Below the pieces are notes generated by a model. It made no database searches, was not told the DNA's origin, and was given only the letters and a program-made list of their open reading frames with translations. Positions 10,770-20,581 of a stretch of 64,000 nucleotides of DNA are shown here, one piece after another. Source of the stretch: Thermoplasmata archaeon (lineage in GTDB: Archaea; Thermoplasmatota; Thermoplasmata; Thermoplasmatales; GCA-001856825); contig JAJYUZ010000001.1 in the NCBI GenBank assembly GCA_021792255.1, forward strand, positions 64,001 through 128,000, read 5' to 3'. The translations under genes and the position numbers were made by a program. The stretch's first letter is position 1; each line of letters begins with the position of its first letter.

Positions 10770-12361
10770 AAATGTCAAAAGACTCCATTCCTTATATAAA
10801 ACGCGATCCCCCTGGATTTAATAGCAGATTTACGGGCAAGGATCTGTGCAGTGACATGACCATGGGCACAGACCAGCAACTGGTTTATGACTACGAAGTA
10901 GAACCCCCCTTTGGTTCCGTTCAAATTGTCCTCGATAAAGGAAATGGCACTTATTTTTACAAAGTTAAGGAGCCAATTTTGAGTGCAAACTCCAGATCAT
11001 TTTCAGAAGAGGCTAGACGGAATTTTGTCGCATCAATCTCATCGTATTCACCGAGGAAGGATGACAGAATTAGAACACTCAGAACATTCCTCAGAGAATT
11101 TGCTGGTAAGACAAAAGCGGGTTTATCGGAGCTAGAGCTTGAAAAGGTCTTTTATTTTCTCTACAGAGAATTCGAAGGATACGGGCCCATAGAAGTACCC
11201 CTGCTGGACGACAATATTGAAGATATTTCGTGCGTAGGTCCTAATGCTCCACTGTACGTGGTCCACAGAAAATTTGGATCTGTAGTTTCTAACATAATTT
11301 TTGAGAGAGATAGCGATGTGGATGACTTCGTCAGAAATTTGGTACAACGCTCCGGGAAACACATATCGATTGCTGTCCCGATGGTAGATTGTTCTCTCCC
11401 GACTGGAGCCAGACTTCAAGCTACTCTTGGCAGGGAAATCACAAAAAATGGATCTTCCTTCACAATCAGACGGTTCAGGGATGATCCCCTCACTCCCACA
11501 GATCTTGTCGATCTTGGAACAATGAATGTAGACATTGCCGTATATCTCTGGCTAGCCATCGAGAAAGGGGAAAACATGTTCATATTAGGTGGTACTGCGT
11601 CCGGAAAAACTACCACACTGAATTCCATTCTCCTGTTCGTGCCATTGGACAAGAAGGTGGTAAGCATTGAAGACACAAAAGAACTCAACATTCCTCATGA
11701 GAACTGGGTCCAGACACTGACGAGACAGGGAACTGGAGATGTGAATGCCGCAACAAGGAAAAGGGTCGGAGAACTAGATATGTTCGATCTCCTTGTGAAC
11801 AGTCTCAGGCAGAGGCCAGACTACATAATTGTTGGAGAGGTACGAGGACGAGAGGCATACACCGTCTTTCAGTCGATGGCTACCGGCCAAACGGTCATCA
11901 GCACCTTTCACTCAAACGATGTGGCTTCTTTCGTTCATAGACTGGAAGGCGAACCTCTAAGCATACCAAGATCAATGATTACATCCCTCAATATCGTGGT
12001 ACTTCTTGCTCAAAGCAAAGTTGGGGAAAACACGATCAGAAGAATAAAGAAGGTTGTCGAGATAGTCGGCATCGAGAAGGCATCAAACGAAGTCGTCACG
12101 AACACGGTCTTTGAATGGGATCCTGGTTCTGACAAATTCATTTTTACAGGCCACTCTTACTTTCAGGAAAGAATGATGAAAGAAGAGAACAAGACCCTCG
12201 AACATTTAAATGATGAAATAAACAAGAGAAAGGAGATGCTGGAGGATCTGAGACGACAACGAAGGATAGGGGCTACAGAATTCTCCGAAAAAATCAACAA
12301 ATTTCTGGAAGATTCCGGTCGCGTTTCAGAACATGGAAGCAATGAACGGAGTGTCGATTAA
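10766..12361 (+). CDS. Second type II/IV secretion (pilus) ATPase
   Basis: EDISCVG; FTIRRF; Walker A GGTASGKT; SIEDTKE; LRQRPDYIIVGEVRG. Start could be ATG 10772. Confidence 0.93.
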   Translation: MKMSKDSIPYIKRDPPGFNSRFTGKDLCSDMTMGTDQQLVYDYEVEPPFGSVQIVLDKGNGTYFYKVKEPILSANSRSFSEEARRNFVASISSYSPRKDDRIRTLRTFLREFAGKTKAGLSELELEKVFYFLYREFEGYGPIEVPLLDDNIEDISCVGPNAPLYVVHRKFGSVVSNIIFERDSDVDDFVRNLVQRSGKHISIAVPMVDCSLPTGARLQATLGREITKNGSSFTIRRFRDDPLTPTDLVDLGTMNVDIAVYLWLAIEKGENMFILGGTASGKTTTLNSILLFVPLDKKVVSIEDTKELNIPHENWVQTLTRQGTGDVNAATRKRVGELDMFDLLVNSLRQRPDYIIVGEVRGREAYTVFQSMATGQTVISTFHSNDVASFVHRLEGEPLSIPRSMITSLNIVVLLAQSKVGENTIRRIKKVVEIVGIEKASNEVVTNTVFEWDPGSDKFIFTGHSYFQERMMKEENKTLEHLNDEINKRKEMLEDLRRQRRIGATEFSEKINKFLEDSGRVSEHGSNERSVD

Positions 12362-13211
12362 TACGAAGGGAGTAAAGTACGAGGAGGAAGGAGTTGCAAC
12401 AGCCGTAGGGGCAATATTCGCCATCCTAATTTTTATTTTCCTTCTCAGCCTCTTCATCACAAGTTACGTACCGGCAGAAATGACCGCGTACGAGGAACAG
12501 TACTCCTCAGGAGTTACTAATGACATGATGCAGTTCATAAGCACGGTAAGTCTGTTAACCGTCAACTATCAACAGGGTGAGAGTGCTTCGGTGACCTTTG
12601 ATCTTCAATCCAACTATATACCCCTATTCACCTCACCGACAATGGGTGAATTGAGTCTTACTTCATCGGCCCCGGGAACTGACGGCTATCTCTCTGTGAG
12701 CAATTCTACAGTTACAGTGCACTCGGGGGGTTGTCTATCTTTATTGACCAACAATAGGTACTTCGTGGACGAATCACTTTATTTTGAACTCTCTACATTG
12801 CTGTATGAGCAAAGGGATAGCAGTCCACTAATAAATACAACTCTTCAGTCAAGTCTCATTCGAGTCGAACCCTCCACAAATGGCTCCATCAACCTTTCAA
12901 TGAGTCTGATCAACATTACTGGTGGACCTATCACACTGTCTTCGGGATCACCTTTTGCCCTTTCCGTTACTGCACTGTCGAAGGATTATTATCAACTGAG
13001 CGGCAATCTTACTTTAACATATTATTCTTCATTTGGTTTTCAAATTTATAAATCCCTGTCAGAAAGTCTAACAAACATAAATGGAATCAGCATTGGTTAC
13101 GTAAACGAGGGCAATGGGTACGGAACTGTAGACATCAGCTCCTCCGCTACTCCAATAATTCTCAACGTAACGGAAATGACTATCCTTGTCGGTGACAGCA
13201 TTTCTTCCTAG
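12333..13211 (+). CDS. Pilin-like / class III signal peptide surface protein
   Basis: EEEG|VATAVGAIFAILIFIFLLSLF hydrophobic N-helix, then a Ser/Thr/Asn-rich domain with several NxS/T sequons; last gene of the pilus operon. Confidence 0.7.
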   Translation: MEAMNGVSINTKGVKYEEEGVATAVGAIFAILIFIFLLSLFITSYVPAEMTAYEEQYSSGVTNDMMQFISTVSLLTVNYQQGESASVTFDLQSNYIPLFTSPTMGELSLTSSAPGTDGYLSVSNSTVTVHSGGCLSLLTNNRYFVDESLYFELSTLLYEQRDSSPLINTTLQSSLIRVEPSTNGSINLSMSLINITGGPITLSSGSPFALSVTALSKDYYQLSGNLTLTYYSSFGFQIYKSLSESLTNINGISIGYVNEGNGYGTVDISSSATPIILNVTEMTILVGDSISS

Positions 13212-13257
13212 CTATGTCTTGGCCAAAGACTGGAGAGCTCAGCGAAGGTGTGAAAAA

Positions 13258-13842
13258 TCACATTATGTAAGATACCGTATCAGAATCGAAATTCTCTACG
13301 ATCTTAAGATTCTCTCCGTTTCCACTAGGAGCATTTGCTAGGAACGGGTACACCTGCCAAGGATCTCTTGTTCCCAGTTCATATGCAGGATGACCACCTT
13401 CGAAAATTGTAGCACATATTCTTGCGACAGTTGCCCTGGCCTTATACTCGTCCAAAATACCTAAAGAGTGAAGATATTCGTGCATCAGTATTACGAACAC
13501 GAATGAATTGACCTCTTCTCTGGGTCGGTTAGCGTGCTTCAGAGCATCGAGAAGATTTCTGTTCATTACGATGTAATTCCCACCAACCTCCCAAAACGCT
13601 CCTAGCTGCGCTGGCAAGTTGGCAAGGGCCAGCCCAATTCCTACTCTTTCTCTACCCAGAACAGATTTCACAGTCTTTCTTACTAATGAAAAAATAGTGT
13701 TGTAGTCCGTGCTCGAGTTGTTCCCCCCAAATATCCCTGCAAGTCTGGATGGAATGTTTAACTCTTTCCGAATAACAGGGTTTAACAAAATAGGCCCCAT
13801 ATTCACCTCGGCAGTCTTGTCCAGTTCAGACGAAAATTTCAT
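13258..13842 (-). CDS. Hypothetical protein with zincin HExxH motif (putative metallopeptidase)
   Basis: ILMHEYLHSLG motif. Confidence 0.65.
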   Translation of the reverse strand: MKFSSELDKTAEVNMGPILLNPVIRKELNIPSRLAGIFGGNNSSTDYNTIFSLVRKTVKSVLGRERVGIGLALANLPAQLGAFWEVGGNYIVMNRNLLDALKHANRPREEVNSFVFVILMHEYLHSLGILDEYKARATVARICATIFEGGHPAYELGTRDPWQVYPFLANAPSGNGENLKIVENFDSDTVSYIM

Positions 13843-13968
13843 TAAAATATGAATTATCTCTTCTACATAAATTCTTCGTAGTACGGTTGCCGGAGAGAAT
13901 GTTCAAGAGGTCAATCAGCCATTTACAGGGCTTATTAATTTTTAAATACAAAATTCGACTCAACACAG

Positions 13969-14841
13969 GTGCACCCATCATCATTCGAATATTTTGCTCC
14001 AGCAAGAATGGAGGAAGCGCTGAGTCTCCTTTCAAAGCACAGCGGAGAGGCAAAGATTATGGCAGGAGGTCAGAGCTTGATACCGTTGTTGAAACTGAGA
14101 ATAGCATCTTTTCCCTACGTTGTGGACATTTCAAGAATAGAGGGTATGGACCAAATAAAGGAAGAACGAGGTTTTCTGGAAATTGGTGCTCTCACCAAGA
14201 TCAGCGAACTTGAAGACAGCAATATAATCAAAGATAAATACCAAATTTTGCACGAAGCAGCAACTCAAATTGCTGATCCCTTGGTAAGGAACAGGGGGAC
14301 TGTTGGAGGAAACATTTCGCACGCGGATCCATCAAACGACATACCCGCTGTAGTTATTGCTATGAAGGCAAAGTTGGAAGTCATCGGAAGGAAAGAAAAA
14401 AGGACATTAAATGCCGACTCGTTCATCACCGATTCATTCAGTACTGCACTCGAGGAAGGAGAAATACTCAGCAAGATACTGATTCCGATTCCTGACACCA
14501 GATCTGGAGGGTGTTATATTAAACAAAAGAAAAGCGCCGGTGATTTCTCTATTGCAGCAATTGCTGTCCAAATGACGCTTGGTGATGACTACAAAGTCCG
14601 GAGCGCGGGTATAGGGCTTACGTCTGTCGCCCCTAAACCAACCAGGGCAGTCAAGGCCGAGCAATACATCGAAGGCAAGAGAGTCGACAACTCGGTGGCA
14701 AAGGAGATATCTAAAATTGTTGTTTCGGAATCCGACCCTTCGACTGATTTCTACGGGACTGCAGAATTCAAGAAGAAGATTCTCGGTAGAATAGCGGAAG
14801 ATGCAATCAACCTGTCGTACGAACGGGCTATGGTGAAATAG
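13969..14841 (+). CDS. Molybdenum hydroxylase FAD-binding medium subunit (CoxM/CutB family)
   Basis: AGGQSLIPLLK; IADPLVRNRGTVGGN; HADP. Confidence 0.95.
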   Translation: MHPSSFEYFAPARMEEALSLLSKHSGEAKIMAGGQSLIPLLKLRIASFPYVVDISRIEGMDQIKEERGFLEIGALTKISELEDSNIIKDKYQILHEAATQIADPLVRNRGTVGGNISHADPSNDIPAVVIAMKAKLEVIGRKEKRTLNADSFITDSFSTALEEGEILSKILIPIPDTRSGGCYIKQKKSAGDFSIAAIAVQMTLGDDYKVRSAGIGLTSVAPKPTRAVKAEQYIEGKRVDNSVAKEISKIVVSESDPSTDFYGTAEFKKKILGRIAEDAINLSYERAMVK

Positions 14842-15348
14842 ATGAGCACGACTAAAATAAAAACAAGAATAAATGGAAAGCAGATAGAATCGGAGGTCGA
14901 ACCTAGGAAATTGCTAGTCCATTTCCTTAGGGAAGATTTAGGTCTGACTGGAACTCACATCGGTTGTGATACATCAAATTGTGGAGCATGCACTGTACTC
15001 GTCGACGGAAAGGCTATCAAGTCATGCACGATGCTGGCAGTCCAGGCCGATGGAAAAGAAGTCACTTCTATAGAAGGAATTTCCAAGGATGACGAACTTC
15101 ATCCACTGCAAAAGGCATTTTTGGAGAAGCACGGACTGCAGTGCGGATACTGTACATCCGGAATGATACTCACTTCACTCTGGCTGTTAAGGAAGAACAA
15201 AAATCCAACGGAAGAGGAAATCCGAAAGAGCTTATCAGGAAACCTGTGTCGATGCACCGGCTACCAGAGGATTGTCGAGTCCGTCATGTATGGAGCACAG
15301 CTAATGATAGAAAAGGAAGCAGAGGAACACGAAATGGTGATGAGATGA
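14842..15348 (+). CDS. Molybdenum hydroxylase 2x[2Fe-2S] small subunit (CoxS/CutC family)
   Basis: GCDTSNCGAC...SC; QCGYC; GNLCRCTGY. Confidence 0.96.
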   Translation: MSTTKIKTRINGKQIESEVEPRKLLVHFLREDLGLTGTHIGCDTSNCGACTVLVDGKAIKSCTMLAVQADGKEVTSIEGISKDDELHPLQKAFLEKHGLQCGYCTSGMILTSLWLLRKNKNPTEEEIRKSLSGNLCRCTGYQRIVESVMYGAQLMIEKEAEEHEMVMR

Positions 15349-17399
15349 ATATGTCCACGGTGAGGTGGGAGGACAGCGACCTAGCCTACGACTCATCGAA
15401 CTTTGTTAGAGGAAAAGGGCATTTTGTGGACGACATAAAACTGCAAGGAATGCTTTTTATGACAGTCCTGAGAAGTCCCTATGCACGCGCTAGAATTTTG
15501 AGTCTTAAGGGAGGGATGAACAGTCAAGACTTAGGAGCCAAGATGGCTTCGGTCGGAGAAGGGGCAGACCCAGGTGCTGGCATTTCCATCGAACCGGTTT
15601 TTGCAACGGGTTTCGTCAACTATGTCGGAGAACCAGTAGCGGCAGTTTTTGCAGAAGATAGGTACAAATCTACAGATCTGCTCGAGTCGGTAGAAGTTGA
15701 CTACGAACCTCTGAAGCCTGTAGTCACTATGGACGACGCACTTGCATTTGGTCCTATTCACGAAGGTATGAAAAACAACATTTTAGTGGAGGCTACTAAA
15801 GGAGATGATTTCTCGGACCCTAAGTCACCAATAGTCCTTGAGGACACGCTTGAGAATGAGAGGGTATCGACCAACCCAATAGAACCCAGAGGAATTGTAG
15901 CGAGCTACGCAGACGGCATTTTGAACGTTTGGATCTCTACCCAGTCGGTGCACAGCATAAAAGAAGGCCTAGTAGAATCACTAAACTTGAATCCAGATAA
16001 TGTAAGAGTAATGCAGGCAGATACCGGAGGAGCGTTCGGTTCAAAGGGTGGCCTGTACCCAGAATACGTGATGGCTTCTTACGCTTCGATGAAGTACAGA
16101 AAACCAGTAAAGTGGATTGAGACCAGAAGGGAACATCTGACATCGACGAACCCCGGGAGGGGGGTAAGAAGCAGAGTAAAGATTTTCGCTGAAAGAAGCG
16201 GGAAGATTACTGGCATGAAGGGGGACGTGCTAATAGATGCTGGTGCATATGGTTCCGGAATTGCATCATTTTCTGCACAGTTCGTGGCCATGATGATGAC
16301 GGGACCTTATTCGATCGAAAAAGCATTTGTCACTGGGAGGTCACTCCTCACCAATAAAGTACCGCAAGGACCTTATCGGGGGGCAGGAAGACCGGAGGCA
16401 TCTTTCTTTATTGAGAGGATGGTTGATCTTCTTGCGGACGAAGTGAACAAGGATCCTGCTGATGTCAGACTTCTGAATACAAGTGATAAGCCTTTCAACT
16501 CGCCCCTCGGAATGAAGATAGACGCAGCAAGACCATTCTTCGAGAGCGCCATAAAAGAACTAGAGTACAGGAAGGAAGCCAAAATGACTAAAGGAGTTGG
16601 AGTATCATTCTTTGTCTTGGTGCCTGCCGTCTATCCCGGAGAGAGTGCTAGAATTATGGTAAGAGACGGTAGAATAAGAGTATGGCTTGGTGGTAATAGC
16701 CACGGGCAAGGACACGAAGACTTTGTGAAGAAACTGGTCAACGAAGAGCTGAATGTTCCAGGAGATCTTGTAACCCTCTATCGAGGTGACACTGGAATGA
16801 CCAAGGTAGGCGTCGGATCATGGGGGAGCAGGTCCGCAATAGTAGCAGGTGCAGCAGTCGTTTCGGTATGCAGAAAGCTGAAAAAGGACGTCGAAGATGA
16901 CAATGGGACATACTCCTATGAATTGCTGCTGGCAGGCAGCTACGACGAATTCATAAACGAGGAGAAGAGGATGACTCTGAATTCCTTTGGGGCTAATCTC
17001 GCATCAGTCGAAGTTGGAAAATTCGGAACCGTTCGTGTAAAAAAGTGCTTGGCTTATTACGACGTTGGAAGGGCCCTGAACAAGGAAATGGTGATTGGTC
17101 AGATTCAAGGAGGGATGGCTCAAGGAATCGGTCAGACTCTCCACGAAGGGTTGTTCTACAATGAAGACGGTCAGCTCATTACTTCAAGCATTTCTGACGC
17201 AGGGGTTCCTCTAGCGGAAGACCTTCCTAACTTTGGAGTCAAGATTGCAGAGAACAGGTCTGCGCTTCCACACGGAGCCAAAGGAGTTGGAGAATCTCCA
17301 ACTATCGGTGTTCCGACCGCACTTATCAGGGCTATAGAAAAGGCAAGTGGTTTGCGACTCAGAAAGACTCCAGTGACCGCGGAAGATCTTATGCAGTAG
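15345..17399 (+). CDS. Molybdenum hydroxylase large (Mo-MCD) subunit, xanthine dehydrogenase/aldehyde oxidoreductase family
   Basis: GGAFGSK; PYRGAGRPE; HGQGH; GSWGSRS; KGVGE. Start set at the ATGA overlap with the small-subunit stop. Confidence 0.93.
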   Translation: MNMSTVRWEDSDLAYDSSNFVRGKGHFVDDIKLQGMLFMTVLRSPYARARILSLKGGMNSQDLGAKMASVGEGADPGAGISIEPVFATGFVNYVGEPVAAVFAEDRYKSTDLLESVEVDYEPLKPVVTMDDALAFGPIHEGMKNNILVEATKGDDFSDPKSPIVLEDTLENERVSTNPIEPRGIVASYADGILNVWISTQSVHSIKEGLVESLNLNPDNVRVMQADTGGAFGSKGGLYPEYVMASYASMKYRKPVKWIETRREHLTSTNPGRGVRSRVKIFAERSGKITGMKGDVLIDAGAYGSGIASFSAQFVAMMMTGPYSIEKAFVTGRSLLTNKVPQGPYRGAGRPEASFFIERMVDLLADEVNKDPADVRLLNTSDKPFNSPLGMKIDAARPFFESAIKELEYRKEAKMTKGVGVSFFVLVPAVYPGESARIMVRDGRIRVWLGGNSHGQGHEDFVKKLVNEELNVPGDLVTLYRGDTGMTKVGVGSWGSRSAIVAGAAVVSVCRKLKKDVEDDNGTYSYELLLAGSYDEFINEEKRMTLNSFGANLASVEVGKFGTVRVKKCLAYYDVGRALNKEMVIGQIQGGMAQGIGQTLHEGLFYNEDGQLITSSISDAGVPLAEDLPNFGVKIAENRSALPHGAKGVGESPTIGVPTALIRAIEKASGLRLRKTPVTAEDLMQ

Positions 17400-18017
17400 T
17401 CATTTTTTCTCTTCATACTTCTTACGGCTCTCTATTTTTTGTAGATCGTCTACAATATCGATGTCCGTTAAGCTAGGTGCGTCGACTTCGACCTTGATCA
17501 GATTCTCTACGTGTGATTCAGCTATGCTTCTTGCCCCTTTATCCTCTTTCAACTGTTTCAGCTCACCGAATACAGATGAAGGAAACAGTATCGGGTTGCG
17601 GACTTGTCCATCCACTGAACACGCAATTATTCTACGCGGGCTCACTAGGAATTCAAGAACGAGGCGGCTGATATCTGACGGTTTAATCAGAGGCTGATCT
17701 GCAAGCAGAAAGAGAATCCCATCTACATCACCTTCGAATTGTCGGGTTGCCAGTGCGATGGAAGTACCTATTCCTCTCGCCCACTCCTTGTTAACTATCT
17801 TCAATGTACCCTTGTGCAATATCGGATCGAGGTCTCTTCCGGGGGGCGTCACCACTGCGATATTCCAAAAGTTGTTCGCACGGACAGAATCCATGGTTCG
17901 TTCCAGGATGCTGATCCCGTCGATTCTTTGAAGGAGCTTATTCGAGCCAAATCTCTTTGAAGCGCCTGCAGCCAAAATGACAGCTGCAATCTTTATTCTA
18001 TTCTTTTCAACATTCAT
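17400..18017 (-). CDS. MocA-like molybdenum cofactor cytidylyltransferase (NTP transferase)
   Basis: LAAGASKRFGSNKLL; LADQP; DID; sits in the Mo-hydroxylase cluster. Confidence 0.85.
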   Translation of the reverse strand: MNVEKNRIKIAAVILAAGASKRFGSNKLLQRIDGISILERTMDSVRANNFWNIAVVTPPGRDLDPILHKGTLKIVNKEWARGIGTSIALATRQFEGDVDGILFLLADQPLIKPSDISRLVLEFLVSPRRIIACSVDGQVRNPILFPSSVFGELKQLKEDKGARSIAESHVENLIKVEVDAPSLTDIDIVDDLQKIESRKKYEEKK

Positions 18018-18454
18018 CTTTCGAACGCTTCTCTGAAGGAGTTTGTCAGTACTGAAATGTACTTCTCAGCAGTGTTGTTAATGACTCTAGATCCCATTGT
18101 AGCTATCACTCCGCCGATCGTAATCTCAACATTCCAAGTTACCAAAGTTGCACCATCGGTGGAGTCAGAAAAGTCATAAGTAGCTTTAAGGTTGAGCGAT
18201 CCCGTAGCCCCAGATCCCTTTGCCCAAATCTCTACCGAATGGTCGTCAATCTTGTTTTTGATTTCCAGGAGCAAATTGAACTTACCCTTGATCGCAGACT
18301 GACCTGCTTTTACCACGAGCCTCGAAGAAGTTTTGTCGATCCTCTCTACAGACTGAACGTCCGGGATAACGGAAGTGACTTTCTCAATATCCGACACGAA
18401 CGCCAAAACCGTCGGCCTATCAGTTTTCACTTCAAATTTTCCTTTGAAATTCAT
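18014..18454 (-). CDS. CoxG family (SRPBCC) protein
   Basis: 146 aa with SRPBCC-like pattern; GGVIATMGSRVI C-terminal motif; cluster context. Confidence 0.85.
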   Translation of the reverse strand: MNFKGKFEVKTDRPTVLAFVSDIEKVTSVIPDVQSVERIDKTSSRLVVKAGQSAIKGKFNLLLEIKNKIDDHSVEIWAKGSGATGSLNLKATYDFSDSTDGATLVTWNVEITIGGVIATMGSRVINNTAEKYISVLTNSFREAFER

Positions 18455-18558
18455 ACCAAAGAGGTAACCAAAACAAATCCTTTAACCTTGCTAGTGGAGT
18501 GTTATGTCATCAACAGAACTCGAAAAATCATTTATACGGAGATTGATTGTAAACGACA

Positions 18559-19365
18559 TTGAATAACTGGGAGTTTTCACAGGTCATTTCAGAATTGGTC
18601 AAGAAAAGTGAGCCGTTCGTAGTAGCAACCGTAGTTAGGGTTTCTGGTTCTTCCATTGGAAAACCGGGTTTTAAGGAAGTGATATCTAGTAATGGAGACG
18701 TCATCTATGGTACACTTGGCGGAGCTTGTCCAGATTCCGCGATTGTTGAAAAAGCAAAAGAGGCTTTGAAATCAGGAAGTGCAAGGACGATCAAGGTTTT
18801 CTTGGAAGACGCGAAGGAGACTCTCGTCGGGATGGCGAAAAACAACGAGGATGAAATTCATGTCGAAACAAATTGTGGCGGAATCATGGACATTTACCTA
18901 GAGCCATATAAGAGAAACGAGCGACTCGTGATCGTGGGGCAGGGAGGAAGGGACGAAATAGAAGACACTCTCGTGTCACTGGGAAAGTCCATCGGAATGA
19001 GTGTTACAGTGATTGATCCCAATCCTATGATGAACTCAAAGCCTGATGAGCTCGTTGACCCCGTGAATTCTCCTATGAACGAATTCGTTTTTCAAGAAGA
19101 TGACTTTGTAGTAGTGCTCACGAAGGGTACTAGAGACATACAGGTATTGGAATCGATCTCTAGACACAAGGTGAAGTACGTTGGACTGCTAGCCAGCAAG
19201 AAAAGGATAAGGACAGATCTTGACGCTCTTGAAGCCAGTGGAGTGAGTGCGGAGTTTCTTAAATCGATTCACGCTCCAATCGGTTTAGATATAGGGGCGA
19301 TCACTCCTTCGGAGATATCGCTTAGCATAATTTCCGAAATAGTCTCGATTAGAAGAAAGGAATGA
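18559..19365 (+). CDS. XdhC/CoxI family Mo-cofactor insertion chaperone
   Basis: GTLGGAC; NCGG; YVGLLAS; APIGLDIGAITPSEI. Confidence 0.92.
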   Translation: MNNWEFSQVISELVKKSEPFVVATVVRVSGSSIGKPGFKEVISSNGDVIYGTLGGACPDSAIVEKAKEALKSGSARTIKVFLEDAKETLVGMAKNNEDEIHVETNCGGIMDIYLEPYKRNERLVIVGQGGRDEIEDTLVSLGKSIGMSVTVIDPNPMMNSKPDELVDPVNSPMNEFVFQEDDFVVVLTKGTRDIQVLESISRHKVKYVGLLASKKRIRTDLDALEASGVSAEFLKSIHAPIGLDIGAITPSEISLSIISEIVSIRRKE

Positions 19366-19377
19366 GGGTTTGTCTGG

Positions 19378-20445
19378 TTAACCCCTAATGACTCGAGCAG
19401 TGCTTCTCTTCACTTTCCGATGGCTCAATCCCGTAGCCTCAGGGGACAACGGAGCATTCCTTTTATTGCTGTAGTTCCAGAAAATCCCCCCTTCACCGAG
19501 CAGTGCAATTTCTCTTCTTGAGGGAATCTTTCCTGCCATTAGTCTCGTGAAAATTACGTCGATTGAGTTGAAATCGCTGTAGCGAATTCCGCCTGCCGAA
19601 ATTCCAAACAGAGGCATCCCCTTCCACATGGAAACAATGGTCATCGTAGTCGGCTTCATCGGAATTCCATATGCAATAATTTTAGCGCCCAGATCACGGA
19701 TGGTAATGGGTGTCTTATCAGTAGGATCCACGGACATTCCTCCGGTAATTATTATAGCATCGACTCCCGCTATCCTAGCGCTTTGGATGGCTCTAGTCTC
19801 AAGCTCTTGATTGTCTGGAACTATCTCCTTGTAAGCGATTTTCCAGCCGTATCTTTCGCACTTCTTTTTCATTATACTAAAGTACTGGTCTTTCTTTCTC
19901 TCTTCGTAGATCTCTGTACCGGTGATAATAAGAGCTATTTTAGAGTACTTGAACGGCAACACTCTTACCATTCCTCTCTTAACCAATTTGACGATATTCT
20001 CCATACGCTCCTTCTCGATTCCGAGAGGGATTACGTCAATCGCGGCAATGATCTCTTCCTTTCCCACAGCATGGTCTTGACCCTTCGTTATCAGGAGAAC
20101 TTCCTGATTGAGATTGAATTTGATCAGTTCTTTGTGATCGATTTGAATGAGTCCAGGTTCCTTGGAAACGAGAAATGCAATACCGTGTTTTCCTCCAACA
20201 ACTTCAGTGCTTTCATCAGAAATTCTCTTCGCGATCTCCAATGATATTTCCCACTCGTAGATCAGGCCAGCTTTGTTGTCTTCAGTCCAGACCTGGTATA
20301 CTCCAGAATTCTTCAAGCGCTCCACGTCAGATTTGGTGATCCTATGCCCACGCCCAAGGAGTGTGGAAGACTCTTTACTGGTAACTAGCGTAGTGTCATA
20401 AGCCAGAATCTTGCCAACGGCCCTTTCTGTTGGAGTTTTCTTCAC
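19378..20445 (-). CDS. Molybdopterin-binding protein (MoeA/MogA-like MoCF biosynthesis domain)
   Basis: ITGTE; ITGGMSVDPTDKTP; YGIPMKP. Confidence 0.8.
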   Translation of the reverse strand: MKKTPTERAVGKILAYDTTLVTSKESSTLLGRGHRITKSDVERLKNSGVYQVWTEDNKAGLIYEWEISLEIAKRISDESTEVVGGKHGIAFLVSKEPGLIQIDHKELIKFNLNQEVLLITKGQDHAVGKEEIIAAIDVIPLGIEKERMENIVKLVKRGMVRVLPFKYSKIALIITGTEIYEERKKDQYFSIMKKKCERYGWKIAYKEIVPDNQELETRAIQSARIAGVDAIIITGGMSVDPTDKTPITIRDLGAKIIAYGIPMKPTTMTIVSMWKGMPLFGISAGGIRYSDFNSIDVIFTRLMAGKIPSRREIALLGEGGIFWNYSNKRNAPLSPEATGLSHRKVKRSTARVIRG

Positions 20446-20581
20446 AGTTCTTAATCTTCAATTCCATTATAATTATTGACTTATTTTCTAGACTACAAGA
20501 ATCGGAGCTAATTAGTCCATTAGTATGTTCAATTTAACTGAACTAAGTTTTATTAAGTAGACCTTTATTAATTCAATTGAA

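Noticed and set aside
7419-13211. Archaellum or conjugative T4SS call
   Set aside because: No archaellin, ArlH/F/G, VirB4 or relaxase in the locus.
15141-15344. N-terminal extension of the Mo-subunit ORF
   Set aside because: Overlaps the 2Fe-2S gene; the ATGA-coupled start at 15345 is more plausible.
13969-17399. Aerobic CO dehydrogenase call
   Set aside because: Lacks the AYxCSFR motif.
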